A stretch of DNA of 64,000 bases from a virus. The position numbers were made by a program, and so were the translations under genes. Below the pieces are notes generated by a model. That model had not been told where the DNA came from. It saw nothing but the letters and a program-made list of their open reading frames with translations, and searched no databases. Positions 38,856-49,367 of the stretch are shown in pieces (the first letter of the stretch is position 1; every line of letters starts with the position of its first letter). The stretch is from the IMG/VR virus record IMGVR_UViG_3300027736_000029, positions 32,001 to 96,000 of that record. One strand, given 5' to 3'.

Positions 38856-41195
38856 TTAACATGGTCCACCGTATGTACCTATCGCATTTATTTCACCATT
38901 ACCAATAACTAAATAAACCGTCGAATTAGTACTGTTTGGATATCTAAATACCACACCATCTGGCGCTAAATTTGTTAAAGAATCATTAGTATAAACCGTT
39001 GCACCATCCACAAATCCTGGTGAAGCATTTGTATATAATGTTGCAAATCCTGTTATTCCATAAACCCCAATTGTACCTCCACTACATATTGTTGTCCCTG
39101 TTAATGTCCTTAATGATATTGAATTAGTTGAAACTGCACTTGATAAAGTGTGATTAACAACTCCTTGGCCTGTTGAGTTATTCACAACAACAGAACAATC
39201 TTTACCTGAAATGGTAGGTTGTGACGTAGATACTAATATGGTTTGAACCAATTGGGTAATACAACCATTACTTCCTGTAGCACCAGTGGTTATTAACAAT
39301 TGTGATGATGAAGTTCCACTAATTACATCACCATGTCCAATTGTTAAGTTATAAACTTGTGATTTAGTAGTTTTAACTTGAGTATATGGTGAACAATTTT
39401 CTCTTGTTGATGACTGTGATGTTGAATTAACAGTTGTTTGTATTAATGAGGTACCATTTTTATTAACGGTAGTAGTGTTGGTAATTATACCACCACCAGG
39501 TCCGTCAACGTCTTGAACCGCATTAACATTTAACTTAAATGATATTGATGTACCAACAGGAAGTGCTGGTGTAACATCAACTTTCCAAGTTGCAACTTCA
39601 TTATCCGCACTATAATTAACATCATTAATTAATTGAACTTTTATATTATATGTTGTTGCGATAGATGATGAACCAATACTTATACCTGAGTTTAAAGTGT
39701 TTCCAACTGAGTCTTGTACAATAACAGTATAATCGTTTGCACATAATCCTTGGAATATATTACTCGTTTGATATGTGTTTCCATTATTAATTGAATAACT
39801 ATAAGGTGGTACTCCATTGTATGTTGCAATAGTTATTGAACCATTACAGTTTTGAGTTCCTGGACATGAACTATCTTGTTTAGTAATCTCAACTGATAAT
39901 GGTGCATATGTCGGACAAGTTCCCTGTACCACATAAACAGTTGCATTCTGACCACCATACATACTCCATCCATTATCAGGTATGTTTGTTTGGTTGGTAC
40001 TAACAGGTGTTCCTGTCGTAAACGTCCATCCAATGACTTCCCATCTTGATTGTAATGAACTCCAAGCGATTGATAGATTTACCGATTGATAAGTTGCCGA
40101 CCACATTGGTTTTCCATTTGAATCGCCACTAGGAACAAACTGAATTGGACCATAAGCAATTGAACCTCTTACATATGTTAAACATAAGTTTGGCCAAACA
40201 GGAGTAGGTGTAATTGTTGGAGTAGGTGTAATTGTTTGTGTTGGTGTTTGTGACGGTGCAAATAAATTACAAATAGTCGTTGAAGAATAATCACCATAAT
40301 AATCCACAACTGTAACTTGATATGAACCTTCAGGTATTCCAACTAATGTTCTAGTTCTCTGACCTCCTGACCAATAATATGAATAAGGACTTGTTCCTCC
40401 TGTTACTTTTAAAGATAATACACCATCATTAGAATATTGATTTGATGGCATTTGAATTGGGTTACATTGAACACCCATATCAAATAATGTTAGAACATCA
40501 CATTCATTCTTCAATGAATAATCTTGTTTAAGTGATGTTGTTGGCGTTTGAGTTGGAGTTGAATTTGGAGTTGTACTTGGTGTTACAGTATTTGTCACCG
40601 TAGGAGTTACTGTCGGTGTTGGTGTTTGAGTTCTTGTAGGTGTCGGTGTTAAACATGAAGTTGTTGCAGGTACATTTAATTTTGTAATACCATTATAAGG
40701 TTGTCCATAATTGAATATTACAACGGTTCCAATTGTAAGGTTAGAACTTACAAAGTTTCCACAACAATCGGTATAATAAACACTTGAAGTTGTTGTAATA
40801 CCACTACCACAAATAATTGGTGTAGTTGTTGGTGTTGGGTTTGGCGTTCTTGTTACTGTTGGAGTAACTGTTTTTGTTGGTGTATTTGTAGGAGTAATGT
40901 TTGGCGTTCTTGTTGGAAATTGAGTTGGAGTTATACTTGGTTCAGGTACGGTTTCACAAGGAGATATTAATATACCATTATAGTTAATATAACCAGTACC
41001 TCCATTTTCAATATACACTTCATTACTAGTTGCGTATGAACCTGACGCTTGACATCCACACACACTATAAAATTGACCAGCGCCAACAAGTGAACTTAAA
41101 AGGGTGGTACCGTCATTACAATCGTAATAATAAAAAATCTGATTTTGACCAGATTCATTCCACACCATCCATCTGGTACAAGTAGTACAAGCCAT
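38856..41195 (-). CDS. Thr/Pro-repeat, Cys-rich protein with SprB-like repeats (putative virion fibre)
   Basis: TPT tracts; VTGGTSPYSYYW...G.Y.VTVVD and NGVPPYSYSI...F.GL...Y.V.V.D repeats. Confidence 0.7.
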   Translation of the reverse strand: MACTTCTRWMVWNESGQNQIFYYYDCNDGTTLLSSLVGAGQFYSVCGCQASGSYATSNEVYIENGGTGYINYNGILISPCETVPEPSITPTQFPTRTPNITPTNTPTKTVTPTVTRTPNPTPTTTPIICGSGITTTSSVYYTDCCGNFVSSNLTIGTVVIFNYGQPYNGITKLNVPATTSCLTPTPTRTQTPTPTVTPTVTNTVTPSTTPNSTPTQTPTTSLKQDYSLKNECDVLTLFDMGVQCNPIQMPSNQYSNDGVLSLKVTGGTSPYSYYWSGGQRTRTLVGIPEGSYQVTVVDYYGDYSSTTICNLFAPSQTPTQTITPTPTITPTPVWPNLCLTYVRGSIAYGPIQFVPSGDSNGKPMWSATYQSVNLSIAWSSLQSRWEVIGWTFTTGTPVSTNQTNIPDNGWSMYGGQNATVYVVQGTCPTYAPLSVEITKQDSSCPGTQNCNGSITIATYNGVPPYSYSINNGNTYQTSNIFQGLCANDYTVIVQDSVGNTLNSGISIGSSSIATTYNIKVQLINDVNYSADNEVATWKVDVTPALPVGTSISFKLNVNAVQDVDGPGGGIITNTTTVNKNGTSLIQTTVNSTSQSSTRENCSPYTQVKTTKSQVYNLTIGHGDVISGTSSSQLLITTGATGSNGCITQLVQTILVSTSQPTISGKDCSVVVNNSTGQGVVNHTLSSAVSTNSISLRTLTGTTICSGGTIGVYGITGFATLYTNASPGFVDGATVYTNDSLTNLAPDGVVFRYPNSTNSTVYLVIGNGEINAIGTYGGPC

Positions 41196-41256
41196 TTACT
41201 TTAAAGTGTTTGTGTTGTTTAGTTTATTTATCATATAAGTATAATCTCTAATATTT

Positions 41257-41904
41257 TTATGGACATAGTTGGAATTCAACAATAGCTCCTTGAGCATTAA
41301 TTTTAACCACATAAAAATTTCCTCCAAAACTCATTTTAATGTACCTATTTCCACCGTTGTATGGATTATATAGAGTATCATTAACAACCGTTTGATAAAC
41401 TATCACACCAACCACAGGTGTCAAATTTGCTTGAGCAATGTATGTGTAATAATTAGTTAATGTGATTGTGTTGGTACAAGTAGTTGCAGATGTTGCAGAT
41501 ACTTGATTACCAATAGGGTGTATTGAAATTACAGGAGTTGTTGTTGGTGTTGGTGTGTTAGTCGGAGTATATGTTTGAGTCGCAGTATTTGTGGGTGTAT
41601 AAGAGGGTGTATTAGTTGGTGTTGATGTGTTTGTTGTAGTAACTGTTGGCGTGTTTGTTGGTGTTGGAGTTAATGTTAATGTTGGAGTTGGTGTAATTGG
41701 AATTACATATCCATCCACACAACTTTGAGTATCAACAATCTTTATAACAATATTCTGTTCATCGTATGGTGGAGGAACACTAAATGTATATGGAAATACA
41801 GATACAGTTGATACGTAAACACAACTTGCACTCATTGAATCACAATAGTAGATTTCAACTGGTGTGTTAGCGGTTACGGATGTTATGGTTACTTGTTGAC
41901 TCAT
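41257..41904 (-). CDS. Thr/Pro-linker two-domain putative virion protein
   Basis: N-domain paralogous to 41918-42142; C-domain shared with neighbours. Confidence 0.7.
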   Translation of the reverse strand: MSQQVTITSVTANTPVEIYYCDSMSASCVYVSTVSVFPYTFSVPPPYDEQNIVIKIVDTQSCVDGYVIPITPTPTLTLTPTPTNTPTVTTTNTSTPTNTPSYTPTNTATQTYTPTNTPTPTTTPVISIHPIGNQVSATSATTCTNTITLTNYYTYIAQANLTPVVGVIVYQTVVNDTLYNPYNGGNRYIKMSFGGNFYVVKINAQGAIVEFQLCP

Positions 41905-41917
41905 TTTAATTTATAGT

Positions 41918-42142
41918 TTAACATGGGACAACATCTTCAATCCCTGTTATTATACATCCATTATTATCAATAACTTTTAACATATATTGAGTTGATGAAT
42001 CGTATGGTGAAGGGATATCAAAAACATACGGAACGGTAGATATAGTTGCCATATAAAAACAACCCGTACCATCTCCCTGACATATATAAATGTCGTATGG
42101 TGTTGCACCTGTTATATTATTTATTGTTACTTGTATTGCCAT
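41918..42142 (-). CDS. Small beta-rich Cys protein
   Basis: VTI..ITG.TP..IY.C.....C.Y..T....PY.F..P.PYD...K..D...C. Confidence 0.7.
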   Translation of the reverse strand: MAIQVTINNITGATPYDIYICQGDGTGCFYMATISTVPYVFDIPSPYDSSTQYMLKVIDNNGCIITGIEDVVPC

Positions 42143-42144
42143 TA

Positions 42145-44835
42145 TTAACAAGAATTAGTATTAACGTTTTGTTTTGCGGTTATGTATCCCGAAGTATTAA
42201 TTTGAACCGCAGTTCCAAGATTTGATGATGTGTTTAATTTTAATACAACCCATAAATTATTACCATTTGTTGGTACTGATGTAAATACATCATAAACTCT
42301 AACACCAACATTAAGTATTGTAGTGTTTGTATAATATGAAGTAAATGCCTTATAATTTAAACAAGCATCTTGTGCTGAAATAGAATTAACTTCATCACCC
42401 ATATATTTAACGGCCTGACCTTGGAAATTTAAACAATCAGTACAAGTATCAAAGACATCAGACACAATTGATTGTGAACCAAAATAATTACCAGTATAAG
42501 TTATTGGTGACACCGTTGGAGGTGCAATATAATCAGTTGTAAACTGTCCAATATATTTCCAACATCTACCTTGATTATCTTGGAATGTTTGGTCAACAGT
42601 TAAATTGGTAAATGATGTAATTTTAATTGTTTGAATAACTTGAGTATTAACCAATTGTTCACCTATTGGCTGACAACTTTCATAAACATAAACCCAATGT
42701 GGTGTAGGTGTCGGTGTTGATGTTGGTGTTTTTGTATTTGTCGGTGTTGATGTTGGTGTTCCTGGTGGTCGACTTGGCGTATTTGTAACTGTTTGCGTTG
42801 GAGTTTGAGTTGGTGTGTGAGTAGGTGTTGACGATGGGAAAACATTACAAGTACCACAACTAGAAGAAATTGCAATAATTTCATCAACATTACAATTAGA
42901 TGAAATCGTATTACTTGTACCACTATAGGTTACACACATAAGACTACCATTAATAATAACTGACATTGTAATACCAGTTGTAACAGGTGTTCCAGAATAA
43001 ATTAAATTATCACTAGTATATAATTGGTCACCTGTTTCACAATCAACCAATATCTTAACGTTAACACACTCGAATAATTCATCCAACATAACAAATGTTG
43101 CTTGTCCTTGAACATCAACAGTTTTTGTTAATGTAATTGTTGGTGTTGTCGTAGGAGTTGGTGTTGTTGAATTATATTGACATACCGAGAATGAAACACC
43201 TGTACCACTACAAGCATAACCTGTAGGTGTTGGTGTTGGGGTCACACCTAAAGATGTAACGTCAAAATCAACATCACCACAATTCACACTTGGGGATGGT
43301 GTTGGCAATGGTTCCCAATCACAATCAAAGTAAGCGTTGAAATCAAATGGTTCACAATTAACAGGACTTGGTGTTGGTGTGGGACAAGGTCCTCCATTAA
43401 AATAATTGGCTGAAATATCAGGACAAGTTGAATAACATGGTGTCGCACCTTCCAATAAACAAGTACCACCTAATGATGTACTTAAACACCAATAACTACC
43501 AGTATAATAAACCACACCAAAATTAATTCCATCACCATTATAATAGAAATTTGAATTGTAAGTACCTGTTTGAGTATAGTTCCCACTATACCCTGATAAA
43601 GATGGTAATGTTGTTCTAAAACAATAAATTGAATCACATGCACCATTACTTGGTGTCGGTGTTGGCGTAAGAGTACTTGTTGGACTAACCGTTGGTGTCT
43701 GCGTCTGAGTTTGAGTAACCGTTGGTGTTGGAGTTGGTGTTGGACATGACGGTGCTCCAGTGAAAGTACTACCCACAGATGGATATAATAACCCTGTTGC
43801 AACATATGGTACAACCGTGGCATATCCATTAAAATAAGGACCACTAATTAAATAAACATCGCCAATAGTTAATGTTCCTGGTACATTTTCATATCTAAAT
43901 TGATTTGATGAATTTCCACATTCAGCAAATAAATATATATCGTAAGGTTCAGTTTGAGTTGGAGTTTGAGTTGGAGTATTTGTTGGTGTTTCAGTATTGG
44001 TAGGAGTTTGAGTATTCGTTACAGTTGGAGTTGGTGTTTCAGTATTAGTAGAAGTTGGTGTTGGTGTTTCGGTATTAGTTGGTGTTTGTGTTGGAGTTTC
44101 ACTTGGAGTGTTTGTCGGTGTTTCAGTATTGGTAGGAGTTTGTGTAGGAGTTTCACTTGGAGTATTTGTTGGTGTTTCAGTATTTGTAGGAGTTACAGTT
44201 GGAGTTTCAGTATTAGTTGGTGTTGGTGTTACTATTTCATTGCAACAATTTATACCTGTTTGGTAATAAGTTGAATTATCTGCGAGTGCTACTGCATCAT
44301 TAACATAATATTGTAAAAAAATATATGTTGGAATTGTTGATGGACTTATACATACCTCATTAGTGTATGTTCCAGCAGTATCATAATACTTATTTGTAAT
44401 GCTGTACTCACCACAAGGAATATAAATTAACTCTACCTTATTATTGAAGAATGGTTCACTAACATTACCAGTAGCATTATCAAGGTCAATTTGAGATATT
44501 GTGATTGTAATATATTCACAATTACAAGTTGGTGTTGGTGTCGGAGTTTTAGTTGGTGTAACAGTATTAGTAGGTGTTATTGTAGGTGTTGGCGTTGGTG
44601 TTGGAGTAGTTGCCTGACATGTCGCACAATCAGGATGTCCAATAGAAACTGTTGCAACAGTATCTATTGGTGATGAACCTACATTACCAATATATTCGTA
44701 GCATCCACCAGGTAATGCGCCCGTAAACGTAAAGGAATAACTAATACCGCCAGTTAAACCAGCTAAGGAACTTATAGAAACTTCATAAGAAACTAATGTA
44801 TCACAAGATATTATTGTTATTACTGGAAATGCCAT
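42145..44835 (-). CDS. Large mucin-like Thr/Pro-repeat, Cys-rich putative virion protein
   Basis: Multiple Cys-bounded modules joined by (TP)n linkers; TATTTATA upstream. Confidence 0.75.
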   Translation of the reverse strand: MAFPVITIISCDTLVSYEVSISSLAGLTGGISYSFTFTGALPGGCYEYIGNVGSSPIDTVATVSIGHPDCATCQATTPTPTPTPTITPTNTVTPTKTPTPTPTCNCEYITITISQIDLDNATGNVSEPFFNNKVELIYIPCGEYSITNKYYDTAGTYTNEVCISPSTIPTYIFLQYYVNDAVALADNSTYYQTGINCCNEIVTPTPTNTETPTVTPTNTETPTNTPSETPTQTPTNTETPTNTPSETPTQTPTNTETPTPTSTNTETPTPTVTNTQTPTNTETPTNTPTQTPTQTEPYDIYLFAECGNSSNQFRYENVPGTLTIGDVYLISGPYFNGYATVVPYVATGLLYPSVGSTFTGAPSCPTPTPTPTVTQTQTQTPTVSPTSTLTPTPTPSNGACDSIYCFRTTLPSLSGYSGNYTQTGTYNSNFYYNGDGINFGVVYYTGSYWCLSTSLGGTCLLEGATPCYSTCPDISANYFNGGPCPTPTPSPVNCEPFDFNAYFDCDWEPLPTPSPSVNCGDVDFDVTSLGVTPTPTPTGYACSGTGVSFSVCQYNSTTPTPTTTPTITLTKTVDVQGQATFVMLDELFECVNVKILVDCETGDQLYTSDNLIYSGTPVTTGITMSVIINGSLMCVTYSGTSNTISSNCNVDEIIAISSSCGTCNVFPSSTPTHTPTQTPTQTVTNTPSRPPGTPTSTPTNTKTPTSTPTPTPHWVYVYESCQPIGEQLVNTQVIQTIKITSFTNLTVDQTFQDNQGRCWKYIGQFTTDYIAPPTVSPITYTGNYFGSQSIVSDVFDTCTDCLNFQGQAVKYMGDEVNSISAQDACLNYKAFTSYYTNTTILNVGVRVYDVFTSVPTNGNNLWVVLKLNTSSNLGTAVQINTSGYITAKQNVNTNSC
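43950..44232 (-). repeat. Coding tandem repeat (TPTNTETPT / TPSETPTQ units)
   Basis: Recurrent ggtgtttcagtatt and ggagtttcacttggagt units. Confidence 0.85.
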
Positions 44836-44932
44836 TTGTACTATAAATAACTCGATAGTGAGTTTTTATACAATTTAAAAATAGAAATATCAAAAGATAA
44901 ATAAACAGGCACTTAAACTATATTTATATTAT

Positions 44933-45106
44933 ATGAAGCTTATTAAGACAATAGAGAAAATAATCAAAGAAGCCGAGGAATTATATGTTAATGCCTTGGA
45001 GTCTGTTGTTGATGAAAAAGAACTGCAACGTCTTGAAAAGAACTATCAAGATAGTCTTAAATTGATGAAGACCTTTAGTCAGATTAATAAAACTAAATCA
45101 GATTAA
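44933..45106 (+). CDS. Small helical protein (57 aa)
   Basis: MKLIKTIEKIIKEAEE...; ATG 4 nt after TATTTATA. Confidence 0.7.
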   Translation: MKLIKTIEKIIKEAEELYVNALESVVDEKELQRLEKNYQDSLKLMKTFSQINKTKSD

Positions 45107-45283
45107 ATTCTTATTTTAATCTTGGTCTTTTTTATAAAATCCGTTATTCTCAGGTTGATATTATTCATCCAATAACTTTGGCACCTTTGGTACCATAATA
45201 ATAATTGTTGTAATTAGAATTTAACGACAATAAAAACCAAACTTTCATTTATTTTTATCCAATAAAAACTATATTATTTTGAT

Positions 45284-45712
45284 ATGGGTAGTATAAAAAA
45301 CGTACAATTTGGTGAAAATGTTTTTGTTGTTGAACCAACAAACCTTTATGGTTGTAAGATTGGTAACAATGTTAAGATTGGTCCATTTGTTGAAATTCAA
45401 CGAGATTCAGAAATTGGGAATGATTCTATTATTAGTTCACACTCTTTCATACCTTCAGGTGTTAAAATAGGTAACAATGTTTTTATCGGTCACGGAGTTA
45501 TGTTTACCAATGACACATTTGACTCAGATTTAATAGAAAATTGGGAAATGAAAAAAACAATTATTGGTGACCGCGTTAGAATTGGTTCCAACTCAACAAT
45601 TTTACCAGTCAAGATTGGTAATAACGTAATAATAGGTGCGGGTTCAGTCGTTACAAAAGACATACCTGATAATGTAACAGTTTATGGAAATCCGGCAAGA
45701 ATTAAATCATAA
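45284..45712 (+). CDS. Hexapeptide-repeat sugar N-acyltransferase (WbpD/FdtC-like)
   Basis: Left-handed beta-helix repeats, FTND, GAGSVVTKD..GNPAR. Confidence 0.9.
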   Translation: MGSIKNVQFGENVFVVEPTNLYGCKIGNNVKIGPFVEIQRDSEIGNDSIISSHSFIPSGVKIGNNVFIGHGVMFTNDTFDSDLIENWEMKKTIIGDRVRIGSNSTILPVKIGNNVIIGAGSVVTKDIPDNVTVYGNPARIKS

Positions 45713-46526
45713 AATTTGCCTAATTGGATATGGTTATTGGGGTAAAATACTCCATAAAAATTTATTATCATTAGGGTATAATGATATCACAATTGTTGAT
45801 GTTGTTTTAGACAACTTCAATCTATTGGATGATAGTTATTCACATTATTTTGTTGTAACACCATTTACAACACACCACGAAATATTATTGAAATTATCTG
45901 AATTTAAGAACAAAAGAATTTGGTGTGAAAAACCTTTGGTTAACACATATAAAGAATCAACCGAAATATATTCATTAATGGAACAAAATAACAATATGTT
46001 ATTTGTTGATTGGGTTTATACGTTCAATCCATGTGTTGATAAAATCAGAAAAATTGTGTCTAAGAAAAAAATTAAACAAGTCATTCTTAACAGAACCAAT
46101 GACGGTCCAAAAAGATTTGACACAAGTTCAATCCACGATTTATCATCACATGATTTATCCATTTTATATCACATATTTGGTAGAACAAATTTTGATTTTA
46201 CTTGGAATGAATTTTCAGTTAAATCAAATGAAGACTTTGGTTCCAATATTAGTTGGTATTATAAAAGTGGATTGCAAGTTATAATTAATTCATCTTGGCA
46301 ACATAAAACAAAAAACAGGGTATCATTATTCATTACTGAAGATGATGAAGTTATCGTTTTTGATGATGTAAAAAAAGTAATCATTACTAATAATGGTGTT
46401 GAAGATTTTTCAGACTCTCCATCCCCAATCCATATTGGTATGAGACACTTCTTCAGTGACAATAATTTTGATTCAAATAAAGAAATAACACTTAAAATAA
46501 CAAAAAACTTAGAACATGCAATTTAA
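45684..46526 (+). CDS. Gfo/Idh/MocA oxidoreductase (sugar 3-dehydrogenase-like)
   Basis: IGYGYWG, CEKP and DL.SHD motifs. Confidence 0.88.
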   Translation: MEIRQELNHKICLIGYGYWGKILHKNLLSLGYNDITIVDVVLDNFNLLDDSYSHYFVVTPFTTHHEILLKLSEFKNKRIWCEKPLVNTYKESTEIYSLMEQNNNMLFVDWVYTFNPCVDKIRKIVSKKKIKQVILNRTNDGPKRFDTSSIHDLSSHDLSILYHIFGRTNFDFTWNEFSVKSNEDFGSNISWYYKSGLQVIINSSWQHKTKNRVSLFITEDDEVIVFDDVKKVIITNNGVEDFSDSPSPIHIGMRHFFSDNNFDSNKEITLKITKNLEHAI

Positions 46527-47625
46527 CGATTTAGGAAAACAATGGGAAACAATTAGAGAAGTTGTTTTAGAAAAAATAGATAAACTTGGTTATCAAGGTT
46601 CATATATTAACGGACCTGCGGTTTCAGAATTTGAATCTGAATTTGCCCAACATTATAACACAAAATACGCTGTTGGTGTGTCAAATGGTACTGATGGTTT
46701 AAAATTGGCTCTTCAAATGTTTGATTTAACCAATACTGATTTAGTTATTATACCATCAAACACATTTGTTGCCGATTACTTGGCAGTTAAACATTTACCA
46801 CTCACAGAACCTTTTGTAGCACTTATTGACCATGACGAACATTTCACGATTGATACAAATCATTTAGAGTTGTTTTTAAAAAATCGTAGAGATAATTTTA
46901 ATAAAGTGGTTGTAATACCTGTTCACTTATATGGTCACTCATGTGATATGGATACCATTATGAGATTATCAAAGGAATATAATTTTCACGTCATTGAGGA
47001 TTGTTCTCAATCACATGAAACAAAATACAAAAACAATTATTTGGGTTCATATGGTGATTTGGCAGTTTATTCATTATATCCAGGTAAGAATCTTGGCGCT
47101 TGTGGTGACGCTGGTATTATTACAACTAACAATGAAGATTTTTATAATAGATTAAAGTCAATTAGAAACTATGGTTCAAAAGTAAAATATCATTATGATG
47201 AGATTGGTTATAATAATAGATTGGATTCAATGCAAGCAATTGTATTATCTGAGAAATTAAAACACCTTAAAGAGTGGACTGATATTAAAAATAAAATTAC
47301 AGAACGTTATCATAATGAAATTAACAACCCAAAAGTTGTTTTACCAAAAGTATCTGAAGATTGTACAACACATTCATATCATATTTTTTGCGTTGAGGTT
47401 GATGACCGTAAGTCATTTGAAAAACATATGTCTGATAATAGTATTACTACAATTATTCACTATCCAATTCCAATTCATCAAACATCAATTTTTGATAGTG
47501 AAGATATTGTATTTTCAAGTTCAAAAACAGATGAGACATGTAATAGAATAGTATCAATTCCAATTCATCCATTTTTGACAATTGACGAAGTAAATCATAT
47601 TATTAACACAATTAACAATTATTAA
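46516..47625 (+). CDS. DegT/DnrJ/EryC1/StrS sugar aminotransferase
   Basis: SNGT, PVHLYG, IEDCSQ, S.YPGKNLG..GD.G motifs. Confidence 0.95.
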   Translation: MQFNDLGKQWETIREVVLEKIDKLGYQGSYINGPAVSEFESEFAQHYNTKYAVGVSNGTDGLKLALQMFDLTNTDLVIIPSNTFVADYLAVKHLPLTEPFVALIDHDEHFTIDTNHLELFLKNRRDNFNKVVVIPVHLYGHSCDMDTIMRLSKEYNFHVIEDCSQSHETKYKNNYLGSYGDLAVYSLYPGKNLGACGDAGIITTNNEDFYNRLKSIRNYGSKVKYHYDEIGYNNRLDSMQAIVLSEKLKHLKEWTDIKNKITERYHNEINNPKVVLPKVSEDCTTHSYHIFCVEVDDRKSFEKHMSDNSITTIIHYPIPIHQTSIFDSEDIVFSSSKTDETCNRIVSIPIHPFLTIDEVNHIINTINNY

Positions 47626-47627
47626 CC

Positions 47628-48344
47628 ATGAAAATTAAAATAGTTCACCTTTTAATAAATCCTGAACATCAAAAAGATGTATCAGATGAGAGATGGCAAT
47701 CAATCTTAAATAAACAAAAACAATCCATTGATTGTTTTGAAAAATTAAAGTGTAAATTTGATTCTTATACTCAACAATATTCCATTATTAATAGAGAAGA
47801 ATTACCTTGGAATACTTGTTGGGAAAACGCAATTATTAATGAGACTTGTGAAGGTAATGACTCGTATTGTTTATCTTATGGTCATTACGGTGCATACATG
47901 GCACATAAACGAGCAATAACCCAAGAATTTTCAAATGATTTAGATGCATTAATTATTTTAGAGGGTGATGTAATAACGGAATTAAACCCTGATGATTTTT
48001 TTAATACAATTAAAAAAGGATATGAATTGGGTGTTGAACGTGGTTCAAAAATTTGTTCTTTTTCAGGAAATATTGTTTGGTTATCAGGAAATGATGATTA
48101 TTGGGATAAAGTGATTGATTTGGGAGATTTTTACGATGTACCACATTTCTTATTAGGCTCAATGTATATGATATATAAATCAGAAAGAAATAATATAATT
48201 AATAATCTCCAAACACATTATTGGCATTCTCCAGATGTTTGGTTGGCTTGGGTTTATGCCAATAGAGGTGGATTATTATCACATAAAGAAATGATTGGTA
48301 AACAAGTTTCAGGTTATTCAGCATTGAATAATACAATGAAATAA
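47628..48344 (+). CDS. Putative GT-A glycosyltransferase (GT25-like)
   Basis: LS.GHYG.Y.AH..A...IILEGD pattern. Confidence 0.6.
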   Translation: MKIKIVHLLINPEHQKDVSDERWQSILNKQKQSIDCFEKLKCKFDSYTQQYSIINREELPWNTCWENAIINETCEGNDSYCLSYGHYGAYMAHKRAITQEFSNDLDALIILEGDVITELNPDDFFNTIKKGYELGVERGSKICSFSGNIVWLSGNDDYWDKVIDLGDFYDVPHFLLGSMYMIYKSERNNIINNLQTHYWHSPDVWLAWVYANRGGLLSHKEMIGKQVSGYSALNNTMK

Positions 48345-48359
48345 CTTATAATTCACATT

Positions 48360-49367
48360 ATGCGTAAATACTGGCACACAACAAACAAATATCTTTGGGA
48401 TGCAAACATACTTGACGTAGGAGATTCAATCTTTTACGATTTAAGTGACTGCCCATCAATTGGTGATACTTTATGTTCAACACCTACCATTAAAAAAGTA
48501 AGTGAGGCTTATAATTGTAAAGTTAATATAATTTCACAACACCCTGAAATTTTTAAAAATAATCCATATATAGATAAAAATTACCCATCGGGTGGTATGA
48601 ATATGGACTATATTAGAGAAAATTTCATAGTACACAATTCGTTTTACGATATTGGTAAACAAAATGATAAAGGAATCCAACATAAACACGCACATACCGA
48701 TATTCGTCAGTATCATGCAATGTTGTTAGGATTTCAATTGTTTCCTGAAGAAATGGAATGTATCTATAACCCAGATGAATTTACACCAATTGAAGGATTA
48801 CCTGAAAAATATGTTTTGATACACCCAGTTCAGAACTGGCCAAGTAGGACTTGGGACTCATATCAATGGGTTAAATTAACTGAAGAATTAAATAAATCGG
48901 GTATTTCTGTTGTTTCAATAGGTAAAGATTCAAGTGAGGTTGGTTTTTGGAATATTGATAAACCAGTATTTAATTTTCATATAGAAAATGGTTTAAATTT
49001 AATGAATGAAACCAATTTATCACAAGCTTGGCATTTAATTCAAAATTCAATTGCGTTTGTTACAATGGATTCGGGTCTTTTACACTTAGCAGGTACAACC
49101 GATGCTCATATTATACAATTAGGTTCATCAATTAATCCTCGTTGGAGGGCACCATATAGACACAATTCTCAAGAATACAAATACCACTATGTTGGTGGTG
49201 GATGTTCAATATTTTGCGCTTCAGATATGAAGTACGGTGTTGAAGAGTGGGGAAGTGTTCAAGGAGTACCACCTTTAATTAATTGTTTGGAGAAAAAACC
49301 TACATTTGAATGTCACCCACAATACGATTCAGTATTTAATAAAATTATGGAAATATATGAAGAATAA
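48360..49367 (+). CDS. GT9-like glycosyltransferase with C-terminal Cys cluster
   Basis: IGD, W..R.W, DSGLLHLA, C..C...C...FEC. Confidence 0.8.
   Translation: MRKYWHTTNKYLWDANILDVGDSIFYDLSDCPSIGDTLCSTPTIKKVSEAYNCKVNIISQHPEIFKNNPYIDKNYPSGGMNMDYIRENFIVHNSFYDIGKQNDKGIQHKHAHTDIRQYHAMLLGFQLFPEEMECIYNPDEFTPIEGLPEKYVLIHPVQNWPSRTWDSYQWVKLTEELNKSGISVVSIGKDSSEVGFWNIDKPVFNFHIENGLNLMNETNLSQAWHLIQNSIAFVTMDSGLLHLAGTTDAHIIQLGSSINPRWRAPYRHNSQEYKYHYVGGGCSIFCASDMKYGVEEWGSVQGVPPLINCLEKKPTFECHPQYDSVFNKIMEIYEE

Noticed and set aside
43950-44232. Tandem repeats as a CRISPR array or DGR
   Set aside because: Degenerate in-frame coding repeats with no unique spacers; no cas or reverse transcriptase gene in the window.
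45107-45248. Short minus-strand frames upstream of the glycan cluster
   Set aside because: Under 30 codons with no supporting signal; probably a regulatory spacer or decayed sequence.
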